From: Pyrobaculum sp.
Lineage (GTDB): Archaea; Thermoproteota; Thermoprotei; Thermoproteales; Thermoproteaceae
NCBI GenBank assembly: GCA_046293555.1
Contig: JBKBOT010000004.1
Coordinates: 19,372-83,371 of the forward strand
Reading direction: 5' to 3'
Length of the DNA: 64,000 nucleotides
Made by a program: the position numbers and the translations under genes. The notes under the pieces were generated by a model, which saw only the letters and a program-made list of their open reading frames with translations, did not search any database and was not told where the DNA came from. Below, piece by piece: positions 27,103-36,283 of this stretch (its first letter is position 1; each line of letters starts with the position of its first letter).

Positions 27103-28764
27103 ATGTTAAGTCAAAAATTTGTGGTTGAAGATAAGGTGGCCAAGATTGCGTTGGTGTTTAGCTTTGTGCTCCTGTTGTTAGGGGGGCTTTTTGGCTTTCT
27201 ACAGGTGATTTCTAGAGCTCCCGGCATGCCTGCGTTACAGACTGCAGATATTTACTATATGGGCTTGACTCTTCACGGAGTTGCTCTGGCGGTGTTATGG
27301 ACTGCCTTTTTTATCGTGGGGCTTGCCGTGTTTGTACTGACGAGAGAACTGGGGCTAAACATGAACGCGCCGCTTCTACTAGGCGGCGCCGTCTTGGCTA
27401 TCTTAGGTAGCTTGATGGGCGCCGTGGCTATACTTTCTGGCCAGGCCTCAGTTCTATATACCTTCTACCCGCCGCTGCAAGCCACGCCGCTGTTTTTCAT
27501 AGGCCTTGCGGTAGTTTTAATCGGCACGTGGCTAATTGGCGCCGCTGTGATTGAAGTTTTTCTGAGGTGGCGGCGGCTGAATCCAGGCAAGGAGGTGCCC
27601 CTAGGTACCTACGGGGTGCTTACAACCATTGTGATCTGGCTTTTAGCCACGCCGCCTTTGGCCTATGCCGTAATTTTCTTCTCTATCCCCATGTCGTTGA
27701 TGAATGCGCCGGTAGATGTGCTATGGTGGCGCCTCTGGTTCTGGTTTTTCGGCCACCCCCTGGTTTACTTCTGGCTTGTGCCCGCCATCACGGTCTGGTA
27801 CGTAGTTTTGCCTAAAGTGTTGGGAACTGAGGTGTTTAGCAAGACTATGGCTAAGGTCGCCTTTATGTTGTATATCATCGCCTCGGTGCCGGTGGGGCTA
27901 CACCACCAGTTTGTAGACCCCGGCGTCCACCCGGTCTATAAGTATCTACACACCGTGTTGACATATCTAGTGGCTGTGCCGTCTTTCCTCACGGCGCTAA
28001 ACGTGTTGGCTACTTTAGAGAGGGCAGGCCGCATGAGGGGTGGGAAGGGGCTCTTTGGCTGGATTGCCAAACTGCCTTGGGGGAAAGACCCGGTCTTTAC
28101 GGGCATAACTTTTGCCATCATCCTCTTCGGCATTGCGGGGTTTTCGGGCGTTGTCAACGCCTCCTTTAATGTGAACTACATGGTGCACAACACCGCGTGG
28201 GTGGTGGGACATTTCCACCTCACGGTAGGTGGAGGAATCACGTTGACCTTTATAGCCACCTCGTTCCTACTAGTCCCCCTGTTGTTTGGCAGAGATTACG
28301 TCGGCAAGAAGTTATTAATCGCGGTGCCAGCCCTGTGGTTTGTAGGCCAGCTGATTTTCGGCTTTGCCTACCACCTTGCGGGCATTTATGGCGCCCCCAG
28401 AAGGACGTTTCTAGCTGAAGCCGGCTACTTCCACCAGACGGACCTCCTGCAGTCGTTACATTTTGTCCCTCAGTGGGTTCCACTACTTCAAATTGGGGCT
28501 GTGGGCGGGGTTATTTTCGCCATAGGCGGCGCCTTGTTCATACTGCTAACTTTCGCCACTATAGCTAGAGGCCCTAGGGTACAGCTAAGCGGCGGCGAGG
28601 CGTCGCCGGAGCTAGGGCCAGCTGGCTTTTTAGACAGGCTGGGGCTGTTAGTGCTAATCGCCATAGTGATAATTGTGATTGCCTACGCGCTGCCTGTTGT
28701 AGAGATATACAGCAGGGGCTTTTCGCCGGCGCCGCCGTATTGGCCCACGGGGGCGGCAAGTTAA
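27103..28764 (+). CDS. cbaA: ba3-type (B-family) oxidase subunit I
   Basis: LTLHG, YTFYPPL, GHPLVYFW, GLHHQF, HNTAWVVGHFH, PRR. Confidence 0.93.
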   Translation: MLSQKFVVEDKVAKIALVFSFVLLLLGGLFGFLQVISRAPGMPALQTADIYYMGLTLHGVALAVLWTAFFIVGLAVFVLTRELGLNMNAPLLLGGAVLAILGSLMGAVAILSGQASVLYTFYPPLQATPLFFIGLAVVLIGTWLIGAAVIEVFLRWRRLNPGKEVPLGTYGVLTTIVIWLLATPPLAYAVIFFSIPMSLMNAPVDVLWWRLWFWFFGHPLVYFWLVPAITVWYVVLPKVLGTEVFSKTMAKVAFMLYIIASVPVGLHHQFVDPGVHPVYKYLHTVLTYLVAVPSFLTALNVLATLERAGRMRGGKGLFGWIAKLPWGKDPVFTGITFAIILFGIAGFSGVVNASFNVNYMVHNTAWVVGHFHLTVGGGITLTFIATSFLLVPLLFGRDYVGKKLLIAVPALWFVGQLIFGFAYHLAGIYGAPRRTFLAEAGYFHQTDLLQSLHFVPQWVPLLQIGAVGGVIFAIGGALFILLTFATIARGPRVQLSGGEASPELGPAGFLDRLGLLVLIAIVIIVIAYALPVVEIYSRGFSPAPPYWPTGAAS

Positions 28765-28786
28765 AATACCCCTCCCTTTTTTTCCC

Positions 28787-29404
28787 GTGAGGTTTTTCCC
28801 CATCCTCATCCTGGCCGTAGCAATTCCCTTCATAGTGGCTATAGTTATGCAGCTTGGGGGCACCACCGCCGAGGAGCACTCAGGTCTTTTTGAGAGAGTT
28901 GTCCCCATTTGCTACCCCCCGGGCCGGGAGCCAGAGGCGTATGACTTCCAGCTGGTGGACCAGTTCGGCAGGTCGGTGAGGCTCTCCCAGCTGTGGGGTG
29001 GGGCGGTGTTGATTACTTTTACCTATAGCTACTGTCCCGACGTCTGTCCGTTAATGCACCTAGTGCTCAACAGGTCGCTCCCCCACATAAGGCCGTATAT
29101 AGCCCATGTGTTAGACGTCTCTCTCGACCCCGAGAGAGACACTGTGGAGAGGTTATATCACTACGCTATGGGCAATCGTTACAACTGGACCTTTCTTACG
29201 GGCGACTTGAGGGCTCTGGAGGCCGTCTGGAGGGCATATGGCGTGACCCGCTCTGTGACATATGTGGGCGGCCAGCCGTATATAGTACACGACGTGGTTT
29301 GGGCCGTGGTAAAAGACGGCAGGCTGTTAGGCATGGTGAGGGGGCTCCCGTCGCCCGAAACGCTTTCGCAATATCTGGCGAGAATTGTGGAGAGGAGATG
29401 TTAG
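28787..29404 (+). CDS. SCO1/SenC copper chaperone
   Basis: FTYSYCPDVCP, SLDPERDT, downstream His. Confidence 0.9.
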   Translation: MRFFPILILAVAIPFIVAIVMQLGGTTAEEHSGLFERVVPICYPPGREPEAYDFQLVDQFGRSVRLSQLWGGAVLITFTYSYCPDVCPLMHLVLNRSLPHIRPYIAHVLDVSLDPERDTVERLYHYAMGNRYNWTFLTGDLRALEAVWRAYGVTRSVTYVGGQPYIVHDVVWAVVKDGRLLGMVRGLPSPETLSQYLARIVERRC

Positions 29405-29763
29405 ACCTAATACTTAGGGCCTTGTTGCAATGTCCAGGCCCCTACTTCCGCCAGCTTTCAAAAGAGCTGTCCATACCGGTGGGCACTCTTGACTACTACC
29501 TCACAAAGCTGACTAGAGAAAGGCTGGCATATAGGCTGGGGTCTCGGCCCCGGTATTACCACATCAAGACAGCCCTCGAGGAGGCCCTGGCGATATATAT
29601 ACTACGGGAGGGTCCGAGGGCACTGGCGGAATTTCCAGAGGCTAAATGTGGCAAGTCTCTATGCCCAACAGTCAGAAACCTCATGGCTGCTGCGTTAGAT
29701 AAATATCCATGTCTAAGGAGAGACGTTGTGGAAAACTACATAACCCTCATGATGTTGATATAG
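29398..29763 (+). CDS. Winged-helix regulator with Cys residues
   Basis: CPGPYFRQLSKELSIPVGTLDYYLTKL; CGKSLC; GAGGAG before ATG 29398. Confidence 0.7.
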   Translation: MLDLILRALLQCPGPYFRQLSKELSIPVGTLDYYLTKLTRERLAYRLGSRPRYYHIKTALEEALAIYILREGPRALAEFPEAKCGKSLCPTVRNLMAAALDKYPCLRRDVVENYITLMMLI

Positions 29764-29863
29764 CCGCGTTTTTACCGCAGCGATACTAGAACAGCTTTTG
29801 GAGATTTTTGAAGGTTGTTGTTCCAAAACTTTTATAAAGTCTTGTGTGACAAGTGGAGGGGGA

Positions 29864-29880
29864 GGTTAATGTGATTAACC
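29864..29880. promoter_or_regulatory. Palindromic operator candidate upstream of nosZ
   Basis: GGTTAATGTGATTAACC, ends 34 nt before the ATG, followed by TAAAGGCTTATAT. Confidence 0.7.
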
Positions 29881-29914
29881 TAAAGGCTTATATGTGTAGT
29901 GGTAGGCATGGATC

Positions 29915-32041
29915 ATGAGCCGGGTTAGAGTTTATGGATCTGCGGCGTCGGGTGGGGGCAAGCCCACGAGGGTCAAGATCTCGAGGCGTGAGGTGATTGC
30001 AGGTGTCGGCGGGTTGGCGGTAGGCCTTGTGGGTGGCTATGCGTTAAGCACTCTCTTGCAGAAAGGCGCCGTGGCGCCGGCGCCGCCTGGCGTGTGGGAA
30101 GAGGTACAGAAGATAGCAACTGCGCGGAAGCTCTCTCCTGACGACGTCACAGCTGCCGTCAAGACCTATCTGCCGGGCACTATGCATGACGAGTTTTATC
30201 TATTCTCGAGCGGCGGCCACTCCGGCCAGGTGGGGGTTATGGGGATACCGTCGATGAAGCTATATCGCATTATTGCCGTATTTACTCCAGAGCCTTGGCA
30301 GGGGTGGGGATATCACGACAAGAAGACTATGGAGACTTTATTTAGCGAAAGAGCCACTGCCGGCAGGCCGCTGGCGTGGGGTGACACACACCACCCGGAG
30401 TTTGATAGACAAAATGCAGAGTATGTAGGCAGGTGGCTTTTCATAGGCGACAAAGTCCACGGCAGGGCTGCCGCCATTTCTCTATTGGACTTTGAGCCTA
30501 AAGACATTGTGAAGATACCAAACGTCCAGACTATCCACGGCGGCGCCTTCACTACGCCGAACACCGAATATGTGCTCTACGCCACGCAGTACCCAGCGCC
30601 ATGGGAGCCCGGGAGGGGGTATAAGCCCGGCGTGACTAAAGTGCCGTGGTTACAGGTTGTAAAAGAGGAGAAATACTTCTTTGAATATATGAGGGGGGCT
30701 CTCACCTTCCTTGCCTTTGATAGAGGCACCGGGCGGTTTGACCTCACGAGGAGCTTCCAGATCGAGGTTCCGCCCTACGTCCAGGACTTGGCGACAATTA
30801 GCTGGGGTCCCGGCGACGGCTTGGCGTTTGTAAATTCTTTCGGCACTGAGGGCATGTTCGGCGAGGTGCCTTACGAGGCCAAGTTGTCTAAAAACGACTT
30901 TGACCTCCTCCACATCGTGCAGTGGAAGAAGGCGGAGGAGCTTTGTCTAAAGCAGGGACGTTGTAAGGAGATAAACGGCATTAAGGTGTTATCTCTAGAA
31001 GACGCGGTGAGGGAGGGAGTGTTGTTTTTCGCTAGAGAGCCCAAGAGCCCACACGGCGTGGACACCTCGCCGGGAGGTAATTTCATATCGGTCGGCGGGA
31101 AGCTTGCCCCCTATGCCACAATCTACGGCGCTGAGAGAGTGAAGAGGGCAATTGCAGATGGGAAGTTTGAGGGGAGGGATAGATATGGCGTGCCTATACT
31201 AGATTTCGGCTCTATAGTGGCCGGGCAGGTGGAGGCGTGTCTAGGGCCTCTCCACACGGAGTTCGACGGGAGGGGCAATGCGTATATAAGCTGTTTTGTG
31301 GAAAACGTGGTTACTAAATTCTCTCTCGGCCCTCCAGAGTATAGAGGCGATAAGCCGTTTTCTGTATTAGATAAGGTGGCTATTCACTACAATGTTGGCC
31401 ATATCTGTGTGCCTGAGTCCAACTCGCCGAATCCCGCCGGCAAGTATCTAGTGGCTATGAACAAGTGGTCAATTGACCGCTTCATGTCCGCAGGCCCGTT
31501 ACTGCCGCAAAACTTCCAGCTGATTGACATATCTGGCGAGAAGATGAAATTGTTGCTAGATGTCCCCATTGGCTGGGGCGAGCCTCATTACGCCAAGGCG
31601 ATTAGGTCTGAGAAGCTCAAGCCTCCAGCTGTATATCCAGTTGGCGCCAATCCGCATGTGATGAAAGGTGGCGAGTTCCAGATAGACCCCAACGCCGTGA
31701 CTGAGGTGGGGAAGGAGAGGGTTGAGCGCCGCCAGCTGCCAGACGGGCGTTGGGTCACAGAGGTGTGGGGGACTGTCATCAGATCTACGATAAGGCCCAT
31801 CATAATTGTGGCAAAGAGGGGAGACTTGGTGAGACTACATTTAACCAACGTGGAGAAGAGTATAGACGCCACACATGGCCTCGCCATTGCGGAATACAAT
31901 GTGGCCGCATCTCTAGAGCCTGGGGAATATGCGTTAATAGAGTTTGTAGCTGACATACCTGGCGTGTTTGCGTTTTACTGCTACGAGTTCTGCTCGCCGC
32001 TTCACCTAGAAATGGTCGGATGGCTGGTGGTGGAGGAATAA
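29915..32041 (+). CDS. nosZ: Nitrous oxide reductase (clade II-type motifs, Tat signal)
   Basis: SRREVI; CuZ His motifs DTHH, IHG, SPHG, PLHT, VGH, EPH; CuA THG...CYEFCSPLHLEM. Confidence 0.95.
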   Translation: MSRVRVYGSAASGGGKPTRVKISRREVIAGVGGLAVGLVGGYALSTLLQKGAVAPAPPGVWEEVQKIATARKLSPDDVTAAVKTYLPGTMHDEFYLFSSGGHSGQVGVMGIPSMKLYRIIAVFTPEPWQGWGYHDKKTMETLFSERATAGRPLAWGDTHHPEFDRQNAEYVGRWLFIGDKVHGRAAAISLLDFEPKDIVKIPNVQTIHGGAFTTPNTEYVLYATQYPAPWEPGRGYKPGVTKVPWLQVVKEEKYFFEYMRGALTFLAFDRGTGRFDLTRSFQIEVPPYVQDLATISWGPGDGLAFVNSFGTEGMFGEVPYEAKLSKNDFDLLHIVQWKKAEELCLKQGRCKEINGIKVLSLEDAVREGVLFFAREPKSPHGVDTSPGGNFISVGGKLAPYATIYGAERVKRAIADGKFEGRDRYGVPILDFGSIVAGQVEACLGPLHTEFDGRGNAYISCFVENVVTKFSLGPPEYRGDKPFSVLDKVAIHYNVGHICVPESNSPNPAGKYLVAMNKWSIDRFMSAGPLLPQNFQLIDISGEKMKLLLDVPIGWGEPHYAKAIRSEKLKPPAVYPVGANPHVMKGGEFQIDPNAVTEVGKERVERRQLPDGRWVTEVWGTVIRSTIRPIIIVAKRGDLVRLHLTNVEKSIDATHGLAIAEYNVAASLEPGEYALIEFVADIPGVFAFYCYEFCSPLHLEMVGWLVVEE

Positions 32042-32484
32042 GTCGGCGGGTTGTAGTCATGTCTCTTGTCGCCATTGCCTCCGGGGCGGCAGTTTTTTTC
32101 CTCCCTCCAAGGAGGGAGAATTCCCCCGAAATTAGGCTGGGGGTAGATAAATGCGCCGTCTGTCAAATGGTTATTGTAGACAAGAGGTTTGCCGCCGTCT
32201 ATCGCCATGAGGGGAGGTGGGAGAAATTTGACGACGTTATATGTCTCCTCCGTTATCTCAAAGAAATTGGGCGGCTTGACGATATTAAAAACGCCTATGT
32301 ATATGACTACCTCTCTGGAAGGTTGGTAAAGGCGTCGGAGGCCTATTTTGTCATAACAAAGAAGATACCTACCCCCATGGGCTCTGGAATTGTGGCGTTT
32401 ATAGATAGAGAACAAGCCGCGGCATATTCGGAAGACGGGAAGATCTACACTATAGAAGAGCTAGCGGAGAAAGTCTTGCCATGA
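32020..32484 (+). CDS. nosL: NosL copper chaperone
   Basis: CAVCQM, FDDVICL, TPMGSG. Confidence 0.85.
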   Translation: MAGGGGISRRVVVMSLVAIASGAAVFFLPPRRENSPEIRLGVDKCAVCQMVIVDKRFAAVYRHEGRWEKFDDVICLLRYLKEIGRLDDIKNAYVYDYLSGRLVKASEAYFVITKKIPTPMGSGIVAFIDREQAAAYSEDGKIYTIEELAEKVLP

Positions 32485-33035
32485 GGCTGGCGGTAAGGCC
32501 CATAGCCCTTGTAGGCCTCGTGTTGATTTTAATTAGCTACGCCTTCCCCTTCTGGTCTACTTACTTGTCTTCGCCTATATTTGGCTACACCCGGCAGGTA
32601 TATATCAAGGTGATGTTGGCTGGATATGTGGATTACACCCCTCCTGACGCCCTCCTGCAGTTAAATATAGCCCATCACTACGTCGGCTTGCCGCCTCTAG
32701 AGCCCGAAAAAATGATTGAGCTGAAGCTCATGCCCCTTCTGCCGGCTGGGCTTTTTGTGGTCTACCTTCTGTATCTATTTGGCAAACTAAGGCCCAGGTG
32801 GCTTCTCTTGGTTACATACCTGGCGCTGATAGGCGGCGTGGCTTACTTCCAGTGGTGGCTATATAACCTCGGCCACAGCATAACGCCGGGGGCGCCTGTG
32901 AAGATCGAGCCGTTTACGCCAATGGTTGTGGGCGCGTACCAAATCGCCAATTTCACGGCATTAAACCTCTTAGACGTGGGCTTCTGGCTTCTGGCCATAG
33001 CCCCGGTGTTTGCATATCTGGGACGTAAAAAGTGA
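32481..33035 (+). CDS. nosB: NosB-like 4-TM protein
   Basis: LNIAHHYVGL, WLYNLGH...AP.KIEPFTP, G...IANF, typical of the clade II nosB gene. Confidence 0.75.
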   Translation: MRLAVRPIALVGLVLILISYAFPFWSTYLSSPIFGYTRQVYIKVMLAGYVDYTPPDALLQLNIAHHYVGLPPLEPEKMIELKLMPLLPAGLFVVYLLYLFGKLRPRWLLLVTYLALIGGVAYFQWWLYNLGHSITPGAPVKIEPFTPMVVGAYQIANFTALNLLDVGFWLLAIAPVFAYLGRKK

Positions 33036-34333
33036 TTATTTTTTTACTTTTTACAGTCTTTATCTCAGCTGCCGTCATGGTGTCGCCGCCTGGGGGCGGC
33101 GCCTATCAACTACCCACGTTTAATTTATCTCAAGTCCCCCCCGGCTCTAAGGTGTATCTCAGCGGCGTTTTTGCCGGGAGTTTTGTTGTAGATAGGCCGG
33201 TGGAGATTGTGGGGCGTGGCGCCGTGTTGTACGGAAATGGCACAGTGTTGAGAATTGTGGCCAGTGACGTTAGAGTAGCTAACTTAACTATCGCCCGCTG
33301 TGGGAGAACCGGGCTGGATTCGGGAATTTGGGTGGAGAATGCCAGAAATGTGACTATAGTCGGAATATCTATAGAGGAGTGTCTCTACCCAGTTATGGTG
33401 TATAACTCCACCGGGGTTAAAATCGTTGGCTCAAATATAGCAAGCTTTAGGGAAGTACCTAGGGTGACCTACGGCGGGGGGCCGGTGGCTATGCACGAAC
33501 TGACGCAATACTTCAGGGGGCATGGGGTATATGTCTGGTTTTCACGTGGCGTCGTAGTGGAGGGTAGCCGTTTTGCCCACGTGTTAGATGGGGTCTACTG
33601 CGACCACGCCTATGGGTTGGAGGTAGTGCAAAATGTCTTCACGTCGGGTAGTAGATATGCAGTCCACCTGATGTATTGCGAGGGGGTTAACATAGTTGGC
33701 AACTCTGTGCGGGATTATGTGGTGGGCTTTATCCCCATGTATAGCAGCTCTGTGGTTATTAACAAAAATGTTGTAGTCGACATAAGGAGAGTCGGCGGCG
33801 CGGCTGTGGTGATTTTTGAAAGCGACGACGTGTATATATGCAACAATATAATTACCAGAAATTACCTAGGCGTTGAGCACTTCCGTTCCCCCCTCAGGCC
33901 GGGGGGTCGGGTGGTCATTGTAAATAACACTTTTCTCTATAATAACATAGCCATAAAGCTAGACTCCTACTCTACCCCAGCCATATATGGAAATTTATTT
34001 ATAGAAAACATCCGGGATGTGTTGCCGTTGTTTAACAATGGCGCGTTACTTTACAACGAGAGTTTAAAAATAGGTAACTTCTGGGGGGTTTCACGCGGCG
34101 TGTATGTAGCACGGCAGAGGGTATTTGACAAACTACTGGCCGACAATCCCCACCTCGAGCTCTTTGTATTAACGCCAGCTTTTACACTTTTGGAACAACT
34201 ATTTGGCGTGACGTATCCCCGGGGGGGAGAGCTAGTGGATAAATACCCCATTTCCCGTCAAGTAGACATATCGGCGTTGTATATAGTTGTCGCCATTCTG
34301 GCGGTGGTGGCATATGTCTGGAGTAGAGATTAA
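33032..34333 (+). CDS. nosD: NosD
   Basis: RGHGVYVW, DGVY, RYAVHLMY, GNFW. Confidence 0.88.
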   Translation: MIIFLLFTVFISAAVMVSPPGGGAYQLPTFNLSQVPPGSKVYLSGVFAGSFVVDRPVEIVGRGAVLYGNGTVLRIVASDVRVANLTIARCGRTGLDSGIWVENARNVTIVGISIEECLYPVMVYNSTGVKIVGSNIASFREVPRVTYGGGPVAMHELTQYFRGHGVYVWFSRGVVVEGSRFAHVLDGVYCDHAYGLEVVQNVFTSGSRYAVHLMYCEGVNIVGNSVRDYVVGFIPMYSSSVVINKNVVVDIRRVGGAAVVIFESDDVYICNNIITRNYLGVEHFRSPLRPGGRVVIVNNTFLYNNIAIKLDSYSTPAIYGNLFIENIRDVLPLFNNGALLYNESLKIGNFWGVSRGVYVARQRVFDKLLADNPHLELFVLTPAFTLLEQLFGVTYPRGGELVDKYPISRQVDISALYIVVAILAVVAYVWSRD

Positions 34334-34931
34334 AGTCGCAGACCTGACTTATGCCGTAGGCGGCCATGAGATCTTGAAGAATGTAAACATGGAGATAGAC
34401 AGGGGGGCATTTGTGGTGGTGACAGGGCCAAACGGCTCTGGCAAGACCACCTTCCTTAGGTGTGTTGTAGGCGTGTTGAAATGTGAGGGAATCGTGGAGG
34501 TTATGGGGAGAGACCCGCGGAGAGATGTAGAGGTGAGAAGGGGGGTGGGGTATGTTCCACAACTGCTCCCCTTCCCCCCACTCGCCGTGAGGGAGGTGGT
34601 GTGGCTACACTACAAGATCTACGGGATTTCAAACGGCGAGGTGTTAAAAGAGTGGGGGCTGGCGGCTCTGCTCGACAGAAAGGTGGCTAGGCTTTCTGGC
34701 GGCGAGAGGCAAAGGCTGGCGTGGGCCCTCGCCCTATCTCACAAGCCGAGGGTGTTAATTCTCGACGAGCCTTTTAACAACCTAGATGCAGAGGGGAAAA
34801 GGTTGGCTTTAGAGAAGTTAAGAGAGTTGAGAGAAAAGGTGACAGTAGTTATGGCCATACATGAGGCGTATGAGGTGGAGAAGTTGGCAGACGCCGTGGT
34901 GAGATTTGAGGGGGGGATGGCGAGGATATGA
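34314..34931 (+). CDS. nosF: NosF ABC ATPase
   Basis: GPNGSGKTT, LSGGERQR, ILDEP. Confidence 0.85.
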   Translation: MSGVEIKVADLTYAVGGHEILKNVNMEIDRGAFVVVTGPNGSGKTTFLRCVVGVLKCEGIVEVMGRDPRRDVEVRRGVGYVPQLLPFPPLAVREVVWLHYKIYGISNGEVLKEWGLAALLDRKVARLSGGERQRLAWALALSHKPRVLILDEPFNNLDAEGKRLALEKLRELREKVTVVMAIHEAYEVEKLADAVVRFEGGMARI

Positions 34932-35710
34932 TAGTCTGTCTCTTCACGGTGAGGCAGTGGCTTCTCCACAGGTGGGTTTTTTCCTACGCCGCCTCTCTTG
35001 TTTTAATACTGCTTTTCATATTCTACACGGCCTATTTTGGCCTCGCCTGGATACAACCAGAGTTTTACGGCAGGGTGGCCGTGGCTGTAGTCAACGCCGC
35101 TCTTTTTCTAGTCTCTCTCTCCGCTCTGTTGATTCCGCTGTTTGTATATCAAGACGATAGAGAGACTGGGCTTTACGAGTGGTTTATCTCCAGGCCTGTG
35201 AGGCGATTTCATCTATGCCGCTGGCTGGGCGTGGCGGCTTCCCTCTCGGCGGCCACCATTGCCTCCTTCCTCGTCGCCATGTCTCTTAACTACCTGATGT
35301 TCCGCCTTTTTGTCTCGCAGATGTTAATAATCGCCGCGGTTTTTATGGCCTTAATCTTCTCGCTGTCTGCAGTTAGCTATCTCATCTCCATGGCTCTTCC
35401 CGACAAGGCCTCTGCCTTAGGCGCCGGGTTTTTCCTCTGGCTTTACCTCAATATTATCCACACCATTGTGGCTATGGTTTTTGCCCTGGGGTCCCCTCCA
35501 GATGTCGCCTTTGTGATATATGTCCTCAGCCCCGTGGAGTCCGCCAGATTTCTCAGCTTCTATGTGGTAGACCCCACTCTCTCTTTTTTAAACCCAGTGA
35601 CGGCGATAGACCTCACGCTCTCGCTACAAGGCCTCCTCTTTTACCTACCTGTAGCCGTATTGGCAACACCTATTGTGATCGCCCTGGCGGTGTTTCGAAC
35701 TCTTCCTTAA
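34928..35710 (+). CDS. nosY: NosY permease
   Basis: 6 TM segments, DRETGLYEWFISRP, LSPVESAR. Confidence 0.8.
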   Translation: MIVCLFTVRQWLLHRWVFSYAASLVLILLFIFYTAYFGLAWIQPEFYGRVAVAVVNAALFLVSLSALLIPLFVYQDDRETGLYEWFISRPVRRFHLCRWLGVAASLSAATIASFLVAMSLNYLMFRLFVSQMLIIAAVFMALIFSLSAVSYLISMALPDKASALGAGFFLWLYLNIIHTIVAMVFALGSPPDVAFVIYVLSPVESARFLSFYVVDPTLSFLNPVTAIDLTLSLQGLLFYLPVAVLATPIVIALAVFRTLP

Positions 35711-36203
35711 ATATAGCCCACAGCGCCCTGGCTAGGTGTCTATATGGACTCTTGTGTTTTTCTAGACATTCCACAAATTTCTTAAACCACGGCGCAATAA
35801 AACGTCGGTAGAATTCTCTCCTAAGTTCCTCCCTGCCGCCTGTGGTGGCGCCGAGAAATTCCAACATGGCTGGGAGGTAGTCTGGTAGCTCCCGCCGTAT
35901 GTCCATAGTGAAGCCCAGGGCCTTGTAGTAAGTCAATATTTGGTACATATAGAGGCCTCTCTCCCTGCTGTCTTCCCCCAGGGCGTAGTAGCCGGCATAT
36001 GGGGGACATCTGGGCGTGAGTTCAAACATCTCCACCCTGTGGCTTTCCAGATCTACACCCTCTGCCTCCTCGAGGAAGGCCTTAAGTTCCTCAAGGCCTA
36101 GCTCTTCTGCCAGCGTGGAGATCTGTTCTCTAGCTTGTAGAAATGCCGTGGGGCTGTCCACAGCCCTGGCGGCTATTATGTACAAAACGCCTACCAAATC
36201 CAC
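35670..36203 (-). CDS. narJ: Nitrate reductase maturation chaperone (NarJ/TorD family)
   Basis: CPPY...GEDSRERG, ELPDYLPAMLEF, SPY. Confidence 0.85.
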   Translation of the reverse strand: MDLVGVLYIIAARAVDSPTAFLQAREQISTLAEELGLEELKAFLEEAEGVDLESHRVEMFELTPRCPPYAGYYALGEDSRERGLYMYQILTYYKALGFTMDIRRELPDYLPAMLEFLGATTGGREELRREFYRRFIAPWFKKFVECLEKHKSPYRHLARALWAIFKEEFETPPGRSQ

Positions 36204-36228
36204 AGATGTAGAAAAGAGCTATAGATAA

Positions 36229-36245
36229 AGTTAATGTGGTTAACC
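36229..36245. promoter_or_regulatory. Palindromic operator candidate, norB / narJ divergent promoter
   Basis: AGTTAATGTGGTTAACC, ends 38 nt before the norB ATG. Confidence 0.7.
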
Positions 36246-36283
36246 CAAGGGATTTAACGCCCATATCGACATAGTTTCGACAT

